From positions 1 through 9,484 of the forward strand of contig MTSL01000182.1 in the NCBI GenBank assembly GCA_002794465.1: a stretch of 9,484 nucleotides of DNA, read 5' to 3'. This DNA comes from Paramicrosporidium saccamoebae KSL3 (taxonomy: Eukaryota > Fungi > Cryptomycota). Both the position numbers and the translations under genes were made by a program. This document shows positions 5,007 through 9,484 of the stretch, one piece after another. The notes under the pieces were generated by a model. That model was not told where the DNA came from. It did no database searches and worked only from the letters and a program-made list of their open reading frames with translations. Each line of letters starts with the position of its first letter. The stretch's first letter is position 1.

Positions 5007-8000
5007 CTAGAATGCACCTTGACCATACGACTGCTGCTGGGGAGGGTGGGCCCATTGTTGCTGAGAGTGTGCCTCGTGGGCCTGAGACCATTGTGCTTGT
5101 TGATTAGGATCCACCCATTGTTGCTGGGAATGTGCATCGTGAGTTTGTGCCCATTGTGTTTGCTGATTAGGGTCTACCCATTGTTGCTGTTGATTAGGAT
5201 TTGTCCATTCTTGCTGTTGCTGCTGATTAGGATCTGCCCATTGTTGCTGTTGGTTAGGATCTGTCCACTGCTGTTGTGGTGGGGCTGTTTCGGTAGCCAA
5301 TGGAGCAATAGATCCCGGCAATGGAACTGTCGGTATGACTGGAGGAGCTTCCCCATCGTCGGCATTGAATGGGTCAATATATCGTGATTTAGCAGACCTT
5401 GTTGCCCCCCTTCGGAAACTAACAGGTCCATCTGATGACATTGGATTCATAGAAGGAGCAGCAGCCATGGCAGGAGGGGGAGGAGGAGCTACTGCTGCAG
5501 CCGTCGAGCCTGGGTCTTTCGTATCAATCCACCGCTTTAGGGTTTCATCATATTTGAACGAACTTGGCTCGCCAAGGCTGGCTTGCTTGGGCCCACCTGG
5601 CTGGTCAGTTGGAGTTTTTCTGCCAAACCATCCGGAAATGAATCCCAACATTCCCTTCTTGTCCTGTTGCTGGTCTTTGATATCTAAACTAGTCAATAAA
5701 ATTAAATAGCACCATACCTTCATCTTGAATAGCCGGTTGTTGTCCCTCCGGCTTATTAGGAGACAGTTTTGTAGTGTTGCCGAAACCCAAATCATCATCT
5801 AGTTGGTGACTTTGGACCGGAGGTTGGGAAAACGATGGCGGATGCGTAGAATAATCTTGACTGGCAGACATCATTGGATGCGGTGGAGACTTTTGCGGCC
5901 CAGCGAATATCATGGGCTGTGCTTCTGCAAACGCAGGTGGAAAAGAAGGCGCAGCTGTTACACTCGGGGCCTGATGTAATGCACCAGAGACGGGGACAGT
6001 AGGTGGTTGATGGGCAAAAGTTGCTCCGCCAGCTGGATCTGACGGCTTGAATTGAGTCCGAGTTACGTCGACAGCAGGGTCTGATGACTTGAATTGAGTC
6101 TGGGCTACGTCAGCAGGGGGACTTGATGGCTTGAATTGGGTCCGGGTTGTGTCTACAGCCGGAACTGTGTGCATCGGAGGAGCCTGATGACTATACGGAG
6201 CCTCGGCGGGCATATTTGGCATCATGGGAACCGGTGGCAAGAAAGACGCCTCTCCAGAGGGTCTAGTCTCTGTCATAGCGGGCATTGTTGGGGGTGCAAC
6301 AGCAAAGGTCTCAGGAGCAGGAAAATTGGTAGGCGCCGCATACAACGGCTGAGCTGGGGCCCCAACAGGCGGAGCAGAAAAGGTCGAGTCGAAATCAGCA
6401 CGCATAGTTGATGCCTTTCCTTGTGAGTGTGGCTCAGTTGGTGAACTGAATTTCTGGACTGGAATCACGGGAACAAGTTCCCGTTCCTGTTCATGCTGGT
6501 GGGTGACTGGATGACTTTGAACCCCCAGATGTGACTGAGGAGGAGATGCAAATGAAACTGACTGGTCGTGTCCTTGTGTTTGGGGCGGCTTGCTGAAATC
6601 ATGGCCTTTGTCATTGATTGAATGAGTCTGCATCATCTCCTCCAATGGTCTCTGCGTCTGAGACTGTACAGAGTTCGAATAGTCTCCACTTGCCTGCTGA
6701 TAAGACTCTTGATTTTGAGAGGGGGCTGAATACTGCCGAGTGCTTTGCTGGGGATTAAAGTTGTCATAGTGCGTGTGATTGCTGACAAAAGGTTGCTGCT
6801 GATTAGGATCTGCCCATTGTTGCTGCTGAGGCTGCGAGTACTGTGAGGTTACTGGAGGAGGCTGGTAGTAAGACACTGGCGGCTGATGTCCCAATTCGCC
6901 TGCGGTCATCTCGGTTCCAGAAAACATTGGAATCGGCGGTGCCTCAGTGACAGTTGGCCCAAGATTTGTCTCTGCTTGGACAGAGAGTCGACGGGGACGT
7001 TCTTCCTTCACTTCAGTAATGTCGACATCTTGATTGCTCACTCCCATCACTCTAGTAATGCCGCGATCAAACGCCTCTAACAATCCTCCCATCTTGAACC
7101 AGCTACCATCCCCCACAGGTGAGCTGGGTACTTCCCCAGTGTGGCGGTATACGCGTTCTTCAAACTGCTTCAATTGGGAAATAAACTCTTTGTGCAAATA
7201 GGGGGAAGTGCTTCCAAATGTCCTTACAATGCTCCCCACCGAGTCGCAATATTTCAAGGCCAAGCTATTGAGGCCGAGATCAGATAGGTATCGGCTGTAT
7301 AGAAGTTTGTAGGCTTGCAAGTGGTGCATGCAGTACTGGCCATTACTGGCCAAAGTAAATGCCAGTTCTAGTAGCTCTGTGCGGCGCAATGCCGACCAAT
7401 CTCTGTAAAAAGTCTCCATCTTGTTGCCATGGGCACAACCAGCGTAGACCATACGGCTTTGCGGCGAATCGACGCCGGAAATGAGAGATGCATCATCGCT
7501 GAGAAGGTAGCAGATGTGAGCAGCAAAAACCTCGCCGGCAGACAACAGGGCATCTCCTAGGCCAGTGATGGCAATATAATCGTCTGCGGTTCTATTGGCG
7601 AGGATCATGACAAGATTCCATGCCCAGCTCAGCCGCAAGTTCGAGTTAGGTTGCTGCAACTCGGCTCCTACAGATAAGATATAACACGCTCATCGTACCA
7701 ACTAATGGTGCTTGGCCGGCGAACAACAAATACATTGATCGGAGAGAATACCCCATAGGGAGGGTTTGCTTGGCAAATTCGCTGACCACGGAACAATATG
7801 TATCCCGATCAACGTGGCTTGCAATAAGCAGAGCATGAGTCCACATTTGATTTGTAACTGCCAACAGCACGGCATTGCCTCGATCGCCCTTGATTAACAG
7901 TTTTGTCAACTCATTCACGACAGCGGGCGACACTGGTGCAGCACTCATGGTGGTCGGGCTGGACACTTCGCTCTTCTCGGCTAGGGAGTCGGGAAGCAGT

Positions 8001-9346
8001 ATTTTCCGCAAAGCCTCCTCGCCAGCATCAGATAGACCTCCCTTATTGCTCAGCATCAGATCCACCAACTTGTAGAATACCTCACGATAGTCTCGACTAG
8101 GAGAGGCACCATCGATCCAGGTGTCTTTGATGTACTTTATCACATCCTTTGTCTTTACATACTTTTCAGACATGGGCAACCCGTTGAGCGAATCGAGTAT
8201 TGGCTGGACCAGTTTCTCTTGAATAAATGGAAGGGTATGTACGGCTGTTCTATACATGACCGACGGACGGTAATGAGCCGTTCCTGTTGAGGAATTGGCC
8301 ATAAATCTCATCTGCTTCATGGGAAAAGTGGCAAAGACTTGTCCTCCAAATCCAAAGCAAAAGACGGGATAAACCCGCTGTTCCTTCTGAGACTTGACTG
8401 GCTCCTCCACAGCAACTGGCTGGAGCACAAATGGCATCTGAGCGGGCTGGGGCGGTGAAAATGACCTGAAGGATGTAGGGGGAATCATTTGAGGTGGCGG
8501 AAATGCATGTGAAACGAGAGGAGCACTAGGAGGTGCGGCTCTCCCAAAAGAAGCAGAAGAAGCCATGCCCACACTAGGCTGAACAGTAAAACTAGAGGGC
8601 GCTTGACTGAAACGACCAGAGACCATTGAATCTAATGTCCCTGTTCGTGTCAACGGCACCACATCTCCAGAGTATGGTGCAATGGGAGGGGGATTCGAAA
8701 ATTGCCCTCCCATGGGCGGCTGTGTGTTGGGAGGCTGCGCATATGCTGACTGTGTAAAGAATCCTCCGCTAGGTTTAACTAATTGAAAGCCACAACGGGT
8801 GCAAAATGTCGAGCTTTGATCGTTGGGCCGGTTGCAGCGATGACAAGCTACGCTCCCAGGCGGGATATCACCAAACGCAGAAATAGAGCCAGAAATTGAG
8901 AGTTGCTCAAACGTCTCATCGCCAATAAAATTGGTTTCCTCATACTTGAACCCAGAATATGGCACAGCTTCGACTGAAGATTGTATTTTCGGTACATTTG
9001 GACTGGAAAATGATCCTCTGGAAGCATGGCTATTCTGCGCTGGCATTGAGAACTGCAGGGAAGGTTGCTGCACAGGCTGGACGGAGGGATTCTGAGTGAC
9101 AGGAGGCTGGCTGGCCGCAATTGAAGCAAAGACATCTGTCCCCGACTCGGCTCCGAACCAGCCAGGAGCATCAGCGGCATGCACCGTCTGTCTCGTTGCT
9201 GATGCTTGAGGTGCCACTCTTATGGTTTTGCCGTCCGGTACAGACTCGGGGGCACCAAAAAACTGTCCCACAGCGGGCTGCAATTCTTCGCGACGAGTAG
9301 GCATGGCTGGTGGATAGTGTGGTGCTGGAGGTTCGCTGGCGACCAT
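5007..9346 (-). CDS. SEC16: COPII coat assembly / ER exit-site scaffold Sec16; exons 9346-7699, 7667-5718, 5683-5007; about 1424 aa
   Basis: Central conserved domain motifs PVFCFGFGGQ, KTKDVIKYI, GDRGNAVLLAVTNQMWTHALLIAS, LRSMYLLFAG, WAWNLVMILANRT, LGDALLSAGEVFAAHICYL and HLQAYKLLY...ALKYCDSV. C-terminal motifs GWFGRK, ASLGEPSSFKYDETLKRWID and KSRYIDPF. Two short introns join the three ORFs in frame (4275 nt = 1425 codons). A 5' exon near or beyond the window edge cannot be excluded. Confidence 0.93.
5031..5279 (-). repeat. Coding tandem repeat QQQW-x-D/N-PNQ in the Sec16 C-terminal tail
   Basis: Eight Trp-centred units: WTDPN, WADPN, WTNPN, WVDPN, WAQTH, WVDPN, WSQAH, WAHPP. They include a 63-bp (21-aa) higher-order duplication. 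Confidence 0.9.
5684..5717 (-). other. Spliceosomal intron, 34 nt (SEC16 intron 2)
   Basis: gtatgg...ttgactagtttag, phase 1. Joins QDE to DIKDQQQDKKG...GWFG. Confidence 0.9.
6034..6159 (-). repeat. Coding tandem repeat, 3 x 42 bp (14 aa) within Sec16
   Basis: AVDTTRTQFKPSSP / PADVAQTQFKSSDP / AVDVTRTQFKPSDP. The core cttgaattg recurs at 6046, 6088 and 6130. Confidence 0.9.
7668..7698 (-). other. Spliceosomal intron, 31 nt (SEC16 intron 1)
   Basis: gtacga...cttatctgtag, phase 1. Joins LFAGQAPLV to GAELQQ...WAWNL inside the conserved domain. Confidence 0.92.
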
Positions 9347-9484
9347 GCGTAGCCTAAATTAATTAATTCTTAACCAATTTCAGCGATCCGTATCGAGTAA
9401 CACAGGCGGCTCTTTATAAATTTGCTCTTGTATACATGTTTGGTAGATAAACTAGTGTTTCTGAACAGCAGCAAAACGCCATTT

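Noticed and set aside
4870-5017. Possible extra SEC16 terminal exon via a 38-nt GTGCAT...TTTTTGTAG intron
   Set aside because: It gives an open 35-codon frame but no recognisable sequence, exceeds the local intron size range, and would run over the CCAAT pair. Not excluded without cDNA.
5031-5279. CRISPR-like appearance of the repeated ttaggatc...ccattgttgctg units
   Set aside because: The units are in-frame coding repeats with related rather than unique spacers, in a eukaryotic gene with no cas genes.
4965-5709. Plus-strand ORFs 4965-5387 and 5335-5709
   Set aside because: They are antisense shadows of the Sec16 Gln-rich and Pro/Ala-rich coding sequence.
355-9180. Remaining short ORFs in the six-frame track (e.g. 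355-636, 1465-1768, 3001-3225, 3347-3550, 4368-4697, 6136-6411, 6886-7080, 7368-7553, 7875-8100, 8848-9180)
   Set aside because: They overlap better-supported genes on the opposite strand or in another frame and show no motifs of their own.
9347-9484. Upstream SEC16 exon using the TTAATTTAG acceptor near 9354
   Set aside because: The nearest donor gives only a 21-nt intron in the wrong phase, and no consistent upstream ATG frame exists inside the window.

Overview
Gene-dense eukaryotic genomic DNA (roughly half GC). The supplied ORF track fragments the genes because they are split by very short GT-AG introns (28-34 nt). After manual splicing I read six genes: IMP1 (mitochondrial inner-membrane peptidase, 260-825 +, 167 aa); a charged, disordered orphan ORF (945-2015 +); a small FHA protein of the SLMAP/Far10/Vps64 type whose C-terminal membrane anchor appears only after splicing (2726-3638 +, 273 aa); a compact tRNA-splicing endonuclease catalytic subunit SEN2 (3655-4260 -, 201 aa); a second orphan (4419-4836 -) whose 3' end is duplicated next to the SEN2 start; and SEC16 (5007-9346 -, about 1424 aa) carrying a C4 zinc-ribbon motif and a Gln/Trp repeat tail. 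Tiny introns, tiny spacers and fungal-like proteins suggest a compact early-diverging fungal or rozellid-type genome, which is inference only. I found no tRNA, rRNA, CRISPR array or mobile element, and no multi-gene novel system that I can support. The best leads are the miniaturised FHA tail-anchored protein, the duplicated 'LTHLARYS' segment, the SEC16 add-ons and an unexplained 710-bp gap.
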